A stretch of 64,000 bases of DNA. It comes from Schmidtea polychroa (Eukaryota). The DNA is taken from the NCBI GenBank assembly GCA_044892525.1, contig CM097885.1:27282001-27346000 (forward strand), read 5' to 3'. Both the position numbers and the translations under genes were made by a program. Position 1 is the first letter of the stretch; each line of letters opens with the position of its first letter. Below, piece after piece: positions 51,043 to 64,000 of this stretch. The notes below the pieces were generated by a model, which was not told the DNA's origin, made no database searches, and worked only from the letters and a program-made list of their open reading frames with translations.

Positions 51043-53731
51043 TTAAAACAATCAGATATTTCCGATCAAGGCTTGCAATATGCAAATGAATCTTGGAGAA
51101 TAATATTAAACTGTAGAACAATTAAAGATTATACAACAGCATATTTGAAAATAAATGTATGTCTTTTAGGTGATGTATTTTACAAATTGAGAAATACTTG
51201 TTTCGAAAATTATAAGATTGATCCTTGTTATTGTTTTTCAGCACCAGGATTATCACGGTTGGCGGGATTAGGATGTACAAAAGTTAAATTAAAATATTTT
51301 AAACAAGATACTTTTGATCAATTATTACATATTGAAAAAGCTGTAAGAGGAGGGGTTTCAAGTGTTGATGGTGATGGATTTGTAGAGGTTAAAAAAGAGT
51401 GTGGAAATTATTTTGGATATTATGATGCTTATTCTTTATATTCAGTCTCAATGATTGAAGAAATACCAAATGGGGAAATGGAATGGTCTAGTGAAGTCGA
51501 GTATGAAAAATCAGTTGATGGTTCTGGAGTTGGATATATTTATGAAGTGGATATATCCAGATCATATAAAATACAAAACTAGATATTTTCCATTTTATAA
51601 AGAAAAATTGCAAATAAAAGATGATTGATTATCACCGTGGCAAAAAGAAAAATAATCTTCATATTTGCAAGACAGCAGAAAAATTAATTCAAACTCAATT
51701 TGATTAAAAAATTATATTGTTGAAGGAAAAATGTTGAATTGGTATTTGGAAAATGGAATGATTTTAGAAATTGTTCATGGAAAATTAATTAATAGAAAAT
51801 GAAAATATATTGCATTAAATTTCAATAAAAGACTTGAAGCTAAAAGAAATGGAGATGAATTTGGTGATTTCTTTTATAAATTATTAAATAATTCATTTTA
51901 TGGTAAAACTTTGGAAAATGTAAGAAATAGACAAAATATAGAAATTGTAAATAACGCAGAACGTTATCGAAAATTATCTGCAAAAATTGGATATAAAAGA
52001 ACTAAAATATTTCCAGTGGATTCTGAAGCTGTACATTTAATAAATCATCAATTAAATTTGATAAATTCAATTATGTTGGATTTGTAATTTTAGAATTATC
52101 AAAATTAGTAATGTATAAATTTATATAAATGATGTTGTGTGGAATACATATAAAATTAATTGAAAAATTCATTTCGGAGACACTGATTCATTAATTATAG
52201 AATTATTAAATAATGAGTCTATTGATAAAATTGATGATTATATTGATATGATGATAAATTAGGATATTTTAAAAAGGAATTAAAAAAAACATGAAAGAAT
52301 TACCAAATTTTGTGGATTAAAATCTAAAATGTATTTTCTAGACAAAGAAGATACAAAGAATCCAAAAAATACAAAAATATCATTTCGTAAAAAAATGAAG
52401 GGATATGCAAAAGCATCTGCAGCGAAAGAATGTCTGTTTGGTCAAGAACAAAAATAAATAACTAATTATTCTTTAAGATCTAAAAGCAATCATATTTTTT
52501 TTCAATCAACTTGAAAAAAAGAAATGAATGCATATAATGATAAACGATATATTTTATCTGATGGAATAACTACACTTCCATATGGTTATGAGGAATCCGA
52601 ATATCTAAGAAAAACTAACACAGAAATACTCTATTTCTATGATCTCAAGATTCTGAATGTTGTGAAGATACTAAAGATAAAATTTTATTAACTTTATTTC
52701 AATTCATATTTAATTTTTTAATTACATGTAATTTGTGTTGTTGATAACTTTAAGAATCTCCATTATTATTTGGACAATATTTTAAATCATTTAAAAATAT
52801 ATTACAATTTTTAAAATATTTTTTATCAGACATTTTGAAAATGTTATTTTCTATAATGTTGCATTCTACAAATCTTGTTTATCTACAAGTAGTATTGTTT
52901 TAGTCTTTGGTAGCTATTTCACAAATTTGAAAATTAACGTGTTTTAAAATTCTAAAATTTATACATTGAAAAATTTTAAAATTATGGTTGACTTAGAAAA
53001 GCTAAATTATTAAACCGAGAGAGAGAGAGATGATTAATATAAGACTATTGGCTTTGAATTAATAAATTTCGAATGTAATAAAGCTTAAATTTTTAAATCG
53101 TGATTGGATTACAAAAGCTAAAACAATACTACTTTTTGATATTTTACTGATCCATAGTCAAGCCTTATAATAAATACAATGTCAATGGAAAAGAAACCAG
53201 TAGTGAAATAAAAATGAAAATTATATTTCGAAAATTATACGATATAAAATTTGTTTAAATATAATTTATTTTGTTTCGTTATTGTAGTTTTAATATCTTC
53301 AAAATTTGAATTCATTAAATGGAGAATGAAATATAGCGGACCCCATTTTAACATTTCTATAGCTTCATTGGCAAATTTTCACATTTTTAACAATAAATTT
53401 TCCTTTGAATTTCGGAAACAAAGTTTGTTCCTAAATGCAGTTTTGACCAAAATGCATTAATTTCAACATGCAATTTCAATTTAAATTCAAAACATGTAGA
53501 AAGACCCTAAGTAAACACGGAAAATTAATCGAACATAACATCTTAATCGAGTAACTAAACTAAAGAAAAAATAATTGACAAATGCAGAAACTATAGAATG
53601 AAATAAACACAAAATGAACATATTTATAGATTAAATTAAAAATTAAAAAATAATAATTTAAAACAAAAAAACGGATGAAATTATATCAGTTGTTGATATC
53701 ATTTCAATTTATGAAAACAAATTATTGCCGG

Positions 53732-54670
53732 CTACCTATTTTTGCTCCTGTGTCAAATAATGAATTAAAAGTCGCATTATTTAATCAACCATTATTAAAT
53801 GGTCTACCATCTACATTACAATATCCTATATCATATATATCTTTAATAACATTTACACGAGGTAATTTTAATTTTTTATTAGATTTATTTGAAAACAATC
53901 ATTTTTATCACAATCACTCACAAATATACAGCCATTCACATTTTGTTCAGTATTACAATTATTAATTAAATAAAAATCTTAATCAAAATTTTGATTGGGG
54001 GAAAAATCAACATTTGGATTATCAAACAAACGATCAACCAAACAATCATTACATTCAGCATTTAGGGTCCTCAAAAAATTATCATTGCTTACATGTGATT
54101 TATCGCTCCTAACATATCCCCTCTGTTTGGAGCTTTGGCATTTCCCGATATTTCTGATTCTACATCATAGTCGTTCGGTTCTTCATCATATACTGCAGCT
54201 ACGTTTTCTCCATTGTTTAGATCATTTTCTTGATTAGAATGTCTATTGTATCGATTTAAATTCCCATGGTTTTGATTCGAAGTTCTTTGCAATCTCATTT
54301 CGTACTGATTCTGTTTCTGAAAACACTGAAAACTTAAATGACCTGTTTTACCACAAAACGAACATCGAATATTTGGGCATTCCCGACGAATATGACCAAT
54401 TTAACAGCATGTGTAACATTGCACTTTTGAATATTGATCTGAACTTTGATTTTGATAGCAGTTTCTATTTAAATTTTTTCATATTTGTTGCGGCAATTTT
54501 CATCCAAATAAGCTCGAACAATTACTTTTCTTTGACTATTGTCTAGCTGAATAATTGAAAAGTATGATTCAATCATCTCAATAAATTTTTCCAAATCATC
54601 TCCGATTGAACAGATTTTCGTTGTGGGAGAATCCGTAATGATTCCTTGGTTGAAAGCCTGTCGTCATGTT
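53732..54670 (-). pseudogene. Gypsy gag-protease fragment
   Basis: Minus strand has CCHC knuckle remnants at ~54330-54420 and the protease motif LFDTGAK at ~53740-53760; contains stops. Confidence 0.65.
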
Positions 54671-55278
54671 AAGAAAAAAAATAATTGATAAATTCCAAAA
54701 AACTTTATTTAAGAAATTGTGGTACTATTTATAGTACCCGATGTGTCGATACCAACACAATCAGCAATAGCTTTTTGGGAAATAATAATCAGTGACATAA
54801 TTTGAGGACCCAGACAATCAAAAATAATAAATCACACATGCAAGCATTACATAATAATGGGTAAAGGTTAGGGAAATCAAATATCCCATTATAATTACAT
54901 CACAATTTTTATTGGTGATTTTTTATTCTTTTTATTTATTTCAAAATATTTATATCTTATTTAATTTTTATGATGGATTTTTCTTCTAGAATTATCTTCA
55001 ATTTGATTCAATTTTTTTTAATATAATTCCTATTTCCTTCATTTTGTGCTTAATATTTTCTATTATTTTAATAAATATTTTTTCCCCAACTCTTATTATT
55101 TTTCATTGCCTTCGTATTATTTATTAATGTTCATTTTGTGTTTATTTCATTTATAGTTTCTGCATTTGGTAATTCTTTTTTCTTTAGTTTAGTTACTCGA
55201 TTAAGATGTTATGTTCGATTATTTTTCCGTGTTTACTTAGGGTCTTTCTACATGTTTTGAATTTAAATTAGCATAAAG

Positions 55279-55740
55279 CTATGTTTGCATATTGAATGAT
55301 CTCTTTGTCTGCGTTGTTTCTCGTGTATCTTCTTTTTGCGAAATCGGCGTTTTACTATTTTTTTTTATTTTTACGATTTTTCTTTCAAATATTAACTCTG
55401 CGGGACTTCGCCAAATTGATTTATGAAATGTTGCATTCATAGTAAATTCAATCTCTGGTATGATCTCTGTCCAATCTGTTCTACCTTTTTCTTTTAATGA
55501 TACATTTATATAGTCTCTTATTGTCCTGAATTTCATTTCTATCACACCATTTGTATTATGGTGGTATGGACTTGAAAACTATAGTGTAGTTCTCATTGAT
55601 TTTGTAAAATCTTTCGTCATCTTAGATTCAAATACTTCTCAGCTGCACAGTGTACCAGCAGATATTTTGTTAAACTTTCCTTGTTTAACTCATGTCCCAA
55701 TATTTTTGCCCAATATTTCTATCAAATTTTGTTGCTAGTC
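55279..55740 (-). pseudogene. Gypsy integrase fragment
   Basis: FSSPYHHNTNGVIE..FRTIRD...DWTEIIPEIEFTMN, homologous to the integrase at 10031-10555. Confidence 0.8.
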
Positions 55741-57026
55741 AGAGTTCTCTTATGGCATTTTGTCGTTTGATCCTATTAACTGTCTTTATATTTTTAATTA
55801 TTCATCATTTATTTTCGTCGACTCAAACACTGAAATTTTCGATATGCATTGTATATGTGCTTACTTTTCAATTTGGATGTTATTCATTGACCTTTTTTCT
55901 GGTTCTGTGACTTCGTTGTTATTTTTTGTATTTCTATCTCTTCTACGAGTTTGATATTATTTAGTGTCTTCATATCTCAATTTGCTGTCTCTTGTTTCAA
56001 TTACTCATTATCATTGTTCTTGTTGGTCTTTGCACTTCAATTTAAAGTTTTTACCGTTTTTTATTATCTCAGCTTTATTTCACATTTATGATGTTATTCA
56101 TTCTCGTCCATCTGATTCTTTGATTTTGATATAACTGACTGTCTTTACGCTTTAATATTCAATATTAGCGGTTTCCGATATTTCTACACTTTGAATTTCG
56201 ATAGTTTGCTATTATTTATTGTTTCCGTATTAGATTTTTGATTTTTATGTTATTCATCGTCTAATTCACTTTAATCATTAACATTAATGTTTTGATTGTC
56301 CTTGTATTTAATTTTCAATTTTGATGTCATTCACTGTCTCGTTTGTTTTATTTTTCGGCACAAATGGTTTTCATTGTCTACTTTTCATTTTACAATTTCT
56401 TATTTATGTTACAACTCTTAATTTTGACGTTATTCATTGACTTCTTTAATTCAATCATTAATATTGGTAGTATTTTCTGTCTTTCCTCATCAATCATTAA
56501 TGTTTGTTTCATTCATTGTTTTCTTCTTTTCAGTCATTAAGGTGTTTGTTATTCACTGTCGTCTAAACTTCAATCAGTAACAGTAGTCTTATTCGTTCCT
56601 GTCTTATCTTCAACCATTAACATGGTTCTTGTTCACAGTAATTTGTGCATTCATATCATTTTTAATACTACTATCAGAACTAGTCCATCCATTTTTTATT
56701 TTTTTATAATGTTCAAGTCTTTCATCCAGTTTTTTATTGACTAATGAAAATTCATTTATTCTATTTATGCTTATAGTATTCGGTGGTTCGCTGTTTATTG
56801 TTTCATTTTCTATATTTCTAGTTTCTATATTTTCAACGATCAAATGTGCTAAAATAAATTCTATTCCAGTCAGAATGTAAATCAGAACAGGATATATTTT
56901 TGGTTCTAGAATCTCCATTTACAAAGTATTTAAATTTTTTATTATCACTATAAAAACATTAATTCATTTTACGTAATAAATTAGAAATCAAGCCATATCT
57001 CATTTTGACTCCATCTCCATATAGAT

Positions 57027-57241
57027 CAGTGGTTCTCAAACTTTTTTGATCACGACCCAAATTTTTGACATTTCATGCCAATAATTTTATTGCGACCCAC
57101 ATGACAAAGATTAATTTTAAAATAAATGTTTATTTAATGAGAATAACTCTATTTAACTCTAGTTATTCTAGTCATCGCGACCCACCAAAAATTCTTTCGC
57201 GACCCATTTTTGGGTCGCGACCCATAGTTTGAGAAACACTG
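57027..57241. mobile_element. hAT MITE, mirror copy in right arm
   Basis: Reverse complement of 44914-45128 including the same TSD. Confidence 0.9.
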
Positions 57242-57607
57242 ATATAGATTGAATAATGCTTTTTGTACATCTTCAAGAGTACTCAGAATAATCTTATTCT
57301 CATAAATTATTAAATCTAAATAATACACCAGGGGAGAGTTGAATTGAAAAGGACTATCTTATAATCGAAAATTTTTTCATTTGTATTAAATATATTTTTC
57401 GCAGCAAAAGGCTTAAATTATCATTTAATTGTTTTTATACATAGTTTTGAATTATCTACAATTTTTTCATTTTTATATTTTTGTATCCAATGAAATAAAT
57501 TTAAAATATAATAAATATAACTTTCCTTACTATTTGACATAATAAACTATTAGTAAAATAAAAATAACTTGAAATAAAAACAGAAATCAAATATAGAAAT
57601 AGATAAA

Positions 57608-58441
57608 ATGAATAATGAAAATGATGAAAATTTTTGTGTAATTTGTTACGAATTATTTGACAGTTGTAAATTTGGGTTTGGGAAATGTTACAAATTCCAT
57701 CAATTTTGTGGCAATTGCATAGCTGAGGTAACGATGAGATCTTCTGATTGCCCATTGGACAAGATGACTTTCAGCAACGTTTTTTGTTTGGATAAAGAAA
57801 CGGATGAAATTATATCAATTGTTGATATCATTTCAATTTATGAAAACAAATTATTGCCGGCTGTGGAAAATTTCATGGGAAGAAATTTACATACAATACT
57901 GCAGGGATACAACGTTTGTTTGAATAATATTGAAGTACTCGAAAAATTATTTTTCAAACATCAAGGAATCCTTAATGAAATCAACAGCGCAGTTCGCTAT
58001 AACAACATTAATATAGAAAATAAATACCAGTTTAACAACGTCATGGAAAATGTGATTGCTGAACTGGATGACTTTATATCAAACGATTGCAGTTATATTT
58101 CACTGAATTTTAATGAGTTTGACAGCCTGAGTCGGGAAATTGAATTTCTACTTTCCAAAGCAACATCAAAAGAAAATGAAGAATTGAAATTAGCAAGAAA
58201 AGTTTTGGAGAAATTATATTTTGCTATCGAAACAACAATTTACTGCTCGATTTCCAATATCGGTGCTTTTGGCCTCAACCTATCAGCTTTATCCGAATCT
58301 CAATCATGGCAATATGTGCGGAAATCAATCAACTGTGAACTGATCAATTATAATAATATGCTTATTAATCGAAATAATCGTATTGATCAGTTAAAAGATA
58401 TTCTGATTAAAATGAATATTTTATCAAATAAGAAAGCGTAA
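57608..58441 (+). CDS. RING-finger protein (277 aa), right-arm copy
   Basis: Differs from 43714-44547 at 3 aa (E/D, G/E, V/A). Confidence 0.8.
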   Translation: MNNENDENFCVICYELFDSCKFGFGKCYKFHQFCGNCIAEVTMRSSDCPLDKMTFSNVFCLDKETDEIISIVDIISIYENKLLPAVENFMGRNLHTILQGYNVCLNNIEVLEKLFFKHQGILNEINSAVRYNNINIENKYQFNNVMENVIAELDDFISNDCSYISLNFNEFDSLSREIEFLLSKATSKENEELKLARKVLEKLYFAIETTIYCSISNIGAFGLNLSALSESQSWQYVRKSINCELINYNNMLINRNNRIDQLKDILIKMNILSNKKA

Positions 58442-59475
58442 TTTTATCTCGTCGTGCTGTTTCCTGCGTAAACCAAGATACAAATGATAATTGACACATA
58501 ATGCCCGTTGAGTTCTTATTGATTTGTAATATCATTCTTAGAGTATTAATATGCATTAGAGCATTAAAACAAAATCACATACTTTTAATCAATTTCTATT
58601 ATATTTAATTTTTTTCATTTTTGTTAAGAATAAGAATAATTGATAAATTCCAAAAAACTTTATTTAAGAAATTGTGGTACTATTTATAGTACCCGATGTG
58701 TCGACACCAACACAATCAGCAATAACTTTTTGGGAAATAATAATCAGTGACATAATTTGAGGACCCAGACAATCAAAAATAATATATCACACATGCAAGC
58801 ATTACATAATAATTGGTAAAGGGAAATCAAATATCTCATTATAATTACATCACAATTTTTATTGGTGATTTTTTATTCTTTTATTTATTTCAAAATATTT
58901 ATCTTATTTAATTTTTATGATGGATTTTTCTTCTAGAATTATCTTCAATTTGATTGTTTTTTTCATATAATTCCTATTTCCTTCATTTTGTGATTAATAT
59001 TTTCTATTATTTTAATAAATATTTTTTTCCCAACTTTTATTATTTTTCATTGCCTTCGTATTATTTATTAATTTTGTGTTTATATTTCATTTATAGTTTC
59101 TGCATTTGGTAATTCTTTTTTCTTTAGTTTAGTTACTCGATTAAGATGTTATGTTCGATTAATTTTCCGTGTTTACTTAGGGTCTTTCTACATGTTTTGA
59201 ATTTAAATTGAAATTGCATGTTGAAATTATTGCATTTTGGTAAAAACTGCATTTAGGAATAAACTTTGTTTCCGAAATTCAAAGGAAAATTTATTGTTAA
59301 AAATGTGAAAATTTGCCAATGAAGCTATAGAAATGTTAAAATGGGGTCCGCTATATTTCATTCTCCATTTAATGAATTCAAATTTTGAAGATATTAAAAC
59401 TACAATAACGAAACCAAATAAATTATATTTAAACAAATTTTATATCGTATAATTTTCGAAATATTATTTTCATTT

Positions 59476-59691
59476 TTATTTTCTATTGTTTTTAGTTTCT
59501 ATTTTTACGCTTTCATTTATTGACCAATCAGAATAGAATAAAATTTCATTCCAATTTATTATTTCTTCAATGTCAGAACCATCAAAATTAGGACCTAAAT
59601 GTTCAAGAGAGTTGTATAATTGATTCAATAAATAATCTTCGCTTATTAAATCTTCATAAATATTTTCTTCGTCTGTTTTACAATTGTTCAT
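59476..59691 (-). CDS. Small acidic hypothetical protein (71 aa), right-arm copy
   Basis: Mirror of 42458-42673. Confidence 0.3.
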   Translation of the reverse strand: MNNCKTDEENIYEDLISEDYLLNQLYNSLEHLGPNFDGSDIEEIINWNEILFYSDWSINESVKIETKNNRK

Positions 59692-61334
59692 TGTTGTTAT
59701 GAAAATTTATTTGCGATTTTTCATTTTAATATTACCTTCATATTACATAATTGAACATTTTCCGTATAAAATACGGATATAAAATATTATCAAAAGTAAC
59801 AAAATTGAGGAAACAAAATAATTTACGGTTAAACTAAGTTGCTAATTCCTTTAATTGTTATATGAATCTGATGCCTTGAAGATTTTACTGTTTATTTCCG
59901 AATACAAACTGTAAAGAATATTTATAAATTATGTATTTACTTGCACTTGTTGGAGTTGTCTGTGAAATGTAAAATTTACAATTAATGATCTACCTCAAGC
60001 GTGTTTTATCTGTTAGTGACAATTTTGATTAGCTTTATTGATTAGCTGAAATGATTATACAATTACCATGATACCAAATATCTAATAAAAAACCAATTGC
60101 TATTTAATGCTTATTACAACACTTCGTTTCGAAAAGCTCTTTTAAAAGCAAATTCGAATACACGACCATTCAACTACTGCTATTGAACTACCCACTATTG
60201 ATAAAATTAGTCTAACAGCTTTCTTCATTAAACCAAGTGTCCCAACATTCTTAATTGTTAATTTGATTCATTTATTAGACAAACAAATTTCGCGTTCGGA
60301 GCGGAATAAAAGAAAGAAAGCTAAGCAGGCGGCCGAAGAGAGCTTATTGAGCAACAACATCATCTGCGGAGGAACGGTCAGTTATGTGACGACCATCCTT
60401 GGGTACCGATCCTCGACGACGCATTTAATTTGGACGATTGGCTCGCAGATGATCGAGGAGAAGTTGATTTCGATGAACTATGGTAATATGCCATATCTTG
60501 ATTTAATATGAAAAAATGTGTTAGTTTGAAACCAAACCAAACATGTTGTGTTATTTTTTGATTTTTTGTAAAGACCGTAGTTAAATTGTTATTCATCTTG
60601 TCTCATATTCTCCTGTTGGGCTTGAAGCCAATCTTAAAATTATATATACCTTATTTATCCTTTTTTGACTTAACCCGACGAGTAATGACACAATCAAGAT
60701 GTCACATAACATTGAAACGCAAGCGAAAACTTCAAATACTCTAAAAACACCAATTAAAACAAAAGTAACAACAAAAAAAGTCAATTAGAACAAAAATTAA
60801 AAATATCTCGAATCTCGTGAATAGCTACAAAAATCAGAGGAGAGGGACAGTCGTTCGGATTACCTTCTCAAGCATTTTTCCGAGGCATATACACTCGCTC
60901 GAAGCTACAATCGATCTAGTAGTAATCATATTTAATTCACAGGAACTCTAGTTATAGGTTTTCAGCTTAAATAATTGTTAATTTAATCTAAAACTCACTA
61001 TAATTTAATATCCCTTAACAGTTAAATTTTGATAAACTTTTATTTACAACATTTTTATTTTTTATGATTTAATGCATTGAAATAGTAGGTTTTTGGAAAT
61101 GGAGAAAGAGAGGAACTGGCTGATTTCTTGCTGGTTCGTTCACAAAACAAGTTCCCCAGCAGTAGATCGACCTCATCGAGCCTCTGTGAAGGGTTCTTGT
61201 CGCTGTCATGCATCCATCATGCATTTCACTCACTAGTTGAAACAAGTTAGTATCTATTCTACCTTATATTGGAAGAAGCTTCACATTATCCTCATTAGCA
61301 TCATCATTAAATTACTGAGTAGCATTATCAATAA

Positions 61335-61336
<2 letters not shown>

Positions 61337-61398
<62 letters not shown>
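61337..61398. repeat. (TTA)n microsatellite
   Basis: Direct reading. Confidence 0.95.
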
Positions 61399-61399
<1 letters not shown>

Positions 61400-63396
61400 A
61401 ATTAATAATAAAAGAACGAAGGCTAGTTTTTATAATAGAAAATAACTAAGTATAATAAATATGACATTGATCAGTTATTTAAAAAATTATTTGTAGATTT
61501 GTTTTGCTGTATAAAAGAAATTGAAATATTTCTGGAATTGTGAAGGCTTTGTAATTATAATTGTTTATCTGTTATTCGAAAGGTGCGGGACAAACAAGTC
61601 CACCATAATGGGTTTGGCAATCGAATTCGACACTGGGCCTGTTGGAACTGGAGAGCTCAAAACCAACATTGAGTACCCAGCGTAGGCTGAAGATCTGAAA
61701 GCCACTTACTTTCTGCCAGATGATGAGCTGGTACGAGATTCCCTTTTACCATAGATGATAGGTTATGTAACTGCGCCTTCCAGAAGCTTCCATTAGATCT
61801 ATTATTCGAAGTTACAAGAATGAGGGACACATCGAAAAAAATATAGTAGGTGGAAGAAGAAATTATAAAATTATTGATGAGATTAAAAACTTTAGACGAT
61901 AAAAGGTCGACGAGAAATGTTATAACTTTCAAGGCTCTATCAGAAAAGGTAAAAGAAAAATTTAATGCGACTTTCTACAAATGCGGGCAATATTTCTTTA
62001 AAATTACTTCATTTTAGCTTTAAAAGATTAAAGGTTGTGACAGAAAAACGTTTAGGTGATGATGTCTTGCCGTAAAGTGTGAGATATTCAACAGAGTTCC
62101 AAGACGTAATAACCATTGGTGGGTTACAGGTGGTCAGACATCTTACCTTTTCTTGCTGTTTCCAGCGTAACCCAGAATACAAGGTTGATTCTACCAATTG
62201 ACACCCGATGAATGATCATAGTTGGTAATTTATTAACTGGGTGAGTACTCGCAAAAAGTGAGCGCACTACTTGCACTATAATTGTCGGGTACTCTTTGGG
62301 TCCACGGACTTGACTCTATTGTTTTCCCAAAATCGCACAACTTTTCACTCAACCTTATCATCCGACTATTACAAATTACAATTTTATTAGTTGTCTAACT
62401 ACGTTGCGAAACAAATTGTAGATTAGATTGTAACTTAAAATTCAATTACAACTCAATTTGTAAATCAAATCTTAAAATTGTACATGAACTTTTGACACTT
62501 TTAACATTTGTTTTAACTCGGTAAATTATTAAGATACAAATGGGATTCTTTCAACGGGAATATGAAATTAGTTCACAACTTTGTTGAATATGATTCGTTA
62601 TATTTCTGATATATCAGGTTCCTTTTGCTTCGTAATATGTGATTTTCTTAGATATGAATGAACGTTGCTGCTATCCTGCAACCATTCAATGATGCCGGAA
62701 TTTATAATCCAATCGTTAATCAGAACTTCTCAAATTCTCTTTCCTACAATGATCCATCTTTCTTAGAACAAATGCTATTGCTCAGAACAAGGTGAATATC
62801 TGCCAGGGAAATTTTTAATCATTTTGATTCTCGGTGTTATGTCTACATGAGTGTGGCGCGAAATTAATCAATTCTCTCGTTTAGTTATTTATTTATTTAT
62901 TTAATTCCGATTCTATTCATAATAATTAATACCGATAGTAGTGATAGTAATAATAATATTGATCACGCTAATGCTAAGTATATACCGAATTCGACTTATG
63001 TAACAAGCCATCGTGAGTAGACACGTTTGAAGCTAGTCGATTGGAGTCATTGATTTCCAATCAAATATGTACAATAAATGTACTACAAGATTATCCAGTA
63101 AACTTTGACGAAAGAGCCACTTGAAATGAGAGGAAATAACGTACGAATTCTAACGGGTTAAAGGCATCGCTATCAACGGTTGAATGAATTATTCCCTTTG
63201 TTGATTATGAGAATAATGTCAGTAGGTAAATAATGGCTCCCTGTAGCAGCAAATTTATGGTAGCATATTTTGAAGAATAGTAAATAGAAAGGGTAGCGTA
63301 GTGTATGAAGCTGATTAATTAATGAATATAGGTTGGTACTTGGTTGTTCATACCTAGTTTTTAGTACTTGGTAGTTAGTACATGGTTCTTGATTGA

Positions 63397-63515
<119 letters not shown>

Positions 63516-64000
63516 CACAAAATCTTATTTCATAAAAATTTCCATATATAAAATTTCTTTAGTTTTAAAAATTCTCAACGTCCACTTATTTTTAAGCATC
63601 ACCCTAATTTCTCATAAGTCATTAAATTTTATAAATATCTAACCAAAAAAAATATATGCACAAAAAATCCTGGGACCTAAAATAACCCTCACTATAGTAT
63701 GATTTTGAAAATTACTCTGTGGCCCACTTCAGCATAGGCTTTTTAAAGAGACCTGGATTTCATGTACAAAAATTCAATAAAAATAAAAGTAAAAAAGCTA
63801 GGAACCATGTTTTTGTATATGTTAAAATTTATAATGAAGGCATTGTAAAAATTGATTGGTTTTTCTATAAATCTGACATTGTACCAAATCAACAATTATA
63901 TAGAAAATCTCTTATGATTATGTCATGTTCAGGTTTTGGTTATGCATTAAAATATCTTGGTACAATGTCACGTACATAGGAATGGATACCTGTCATTCAC

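Larger units (their letters stand above)
45948..52590 (+). pseudogene. Protein-primed family B DNA polymerase (Polinton pPolB), heavily disrupted
   Basis: In order: zinc finger FCEYCNK...SHLATKIH, LRGSEW...GGTFIKLP, VCYADFD (ExoI), CYYC...HDH...GAAHRSC (endonuclease VII-like), FHNATGYDNHL (ExoII), YLKINVCLLGDVF (ExoIII), RGGVS, YYDAYSLY (A), KLLNNSFYGKT (B, ~51880), GDTDS (C, ~52176), NDKRYI. Confidence 0.9.
40981..61186. mobile_element. Rearranged Polinton/Maverick-derived region bounded by ~4.5-kb inverted arms
   Basis: 40981-~45495 is the reverse complement of ~56659-61186 (ends CAGAGGCTCGATGA...TCATCGAGCCTCTG). The interior holds a decayed protein-primed PolB. No TSD found. Confidence 0.7.

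Noticed and set aside
61560..62360. GC-richer segment that may be a decayed retroelement 5' region
   Set aside because: No recognisable protein motif or terminal structure.
63719..63979. 86-aa ORF at window end
   Set aside because: Non-ATG start, no recognisable domain, context cut by window edge.

Overview
AT-rich eukaryotic (metazoan) genomic DNA with 43-59 bp introns; a flatworm/planarian origin is plausible but only inferred. One host gene is present: a 9-exon glucosidase II beta subunit (PRKCSH, 32169-38436, +, ending HDEL). Almost everything else is mobile DNA. (1) 1-8030 (-) is the 5' part of a Ty3/gypsy LTR retrotransposon. Its reading frame runs off the window and so is missing from the ORF track. 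By hand translation it encodes, in one frame: Gag (3 zinc knuckles), two ubiquitin-like domains, a Bcl-2-like domain, an internal signal/anchor, a chuvirus/gB-type envelope glycoprotein, then protease and RT. This is the most unusual system in the window. (2) An internally deleted Merlin transposon. (3) A compact, decayed gypsy element with TA...TA LTR ends. (4) A 17-kb non-coding palindrome with Polinton-type termini and a 6-bp TSD. (5) A non-LTR RT relic. (6) A ~20-kb Polinton-derived region: a ruined protein-primed PolB between 4.5-kb inverted arms, each arm carrying an intact RING-finger ORF. Nested in it are hAT and piggyBac MITEs, a solo LTR and a 329-bp mini-element with Polinton ends. 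All domain calls come from motif recognition by eye; no searches were run.
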